Shown in pieces: positions 63,363-64,000 of a stretch of DNA of 64,000 bases. The stretch lies in assembly GCA_030141605.1 (NCBI GenBank), contig JAQGDQ010000093.1, forward strand, positions 496,001-560,000. Reading direction: 5' to 3'. Under the pieces are notes generated by a model, which saw only the letters and a list, made by a program, of their open reading frames with translations, did no database searches and was not told where the DNA came from. The position numbers were made by a program, and so were the translations under genes. Source of the stretch: Tubiluchus corallicola. Its lineage: Eukaryota; Animalia; Priapulida. Numbering within the stretch: position 1 is the first letter of the stretch; each line of letters starts with the position of its first letter.

Positions 63363-64000
63363 GTTTGAGGTATCTTTATATATAAAGGTATTAGCTGAAC
63401 TGAATGATCCGCTTCAGTGTGAATAAGTGAGAAGAGACTCTCACTTACGAGCTAAAACATGCAACTTTTCTCCCGACATCTGATTGATCCCTAGTCGCTT
63501 TTAGTCAAACTTATATCTATCAAACTTTATTTCAACCAAAAACTCGTTCGTCTCTTGAATAATTTATCGCAGACTAATAGCCACTCAAGGGGGCTGAATT
63601 AAATAAGGCAGAAGCAAAGATGGCCGTCTGTTTAACGACCCCTTTTCGTAAATTTGTTCATCAGCCACTGGAAAAAGTCACTTACCGTGTTTAAATTGGC
63701 GTACAAAGTTAGTAAAATTGACTTAAAACATAAAATGTGCTTCTAGAGCTGCTGAGATGCTTATTCGTCGCATCTCTTGCTCCCAAAAGAGGTCCACCCC
63801 TTTTCTGCTCAAGACGTCGGACGGCACAAGTTAATAACCAACGCAGCTGACTGATAACGCGAGTTTTTCGTCAACATTTGCTCTAATTATTAATTTATGA
63901 AATTGATTTTGTTCAAGATGGCGCCTGTTAATGTGTTTTCGATGGAAATCAGGGAAAGAGTTAAGATCTGATGCTAAGATACAGCAGAAACACTTTACTG

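Overview
AT-rich, repeat-dense animal (invertebrate-looking) nuclear DNA, with no prokaryotic features. Bases 1-1030 are the uninterrupted 3' part of an RTE-clade LINE reverse transcriptase. A minus-strand ORF or first exon of an unidentified gene (2727 to about 1950) lies head-to-head, 260 bp from the start codon of an 8-exon SET/TAF-I (NAP-family histone chaperone) gene, which I reconstructed by hand as 2988-15180, 323 aa. SET intron 1 has canonical U12 (minor spliceosome) signals. It also carries a Penelope-like remnant with a minimal hammerhead ribozyme motif on the SET sense strand. The remaining ~48 kb has no convincing long host ORF. It contains TTAA-flanked (Kolobok/T2-like), hAT, Tigger-like and Harbinger-like non-autonomous DNA transposons, LINE and Penelope fragments, minisatellites and microsatellites, plus a few unique-looking islands and candidate small exons. 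Repeat boundaries without a stated TSD are approximate. Family assignments rest on terminal motifs and recalled protein motifs, not on database searches.
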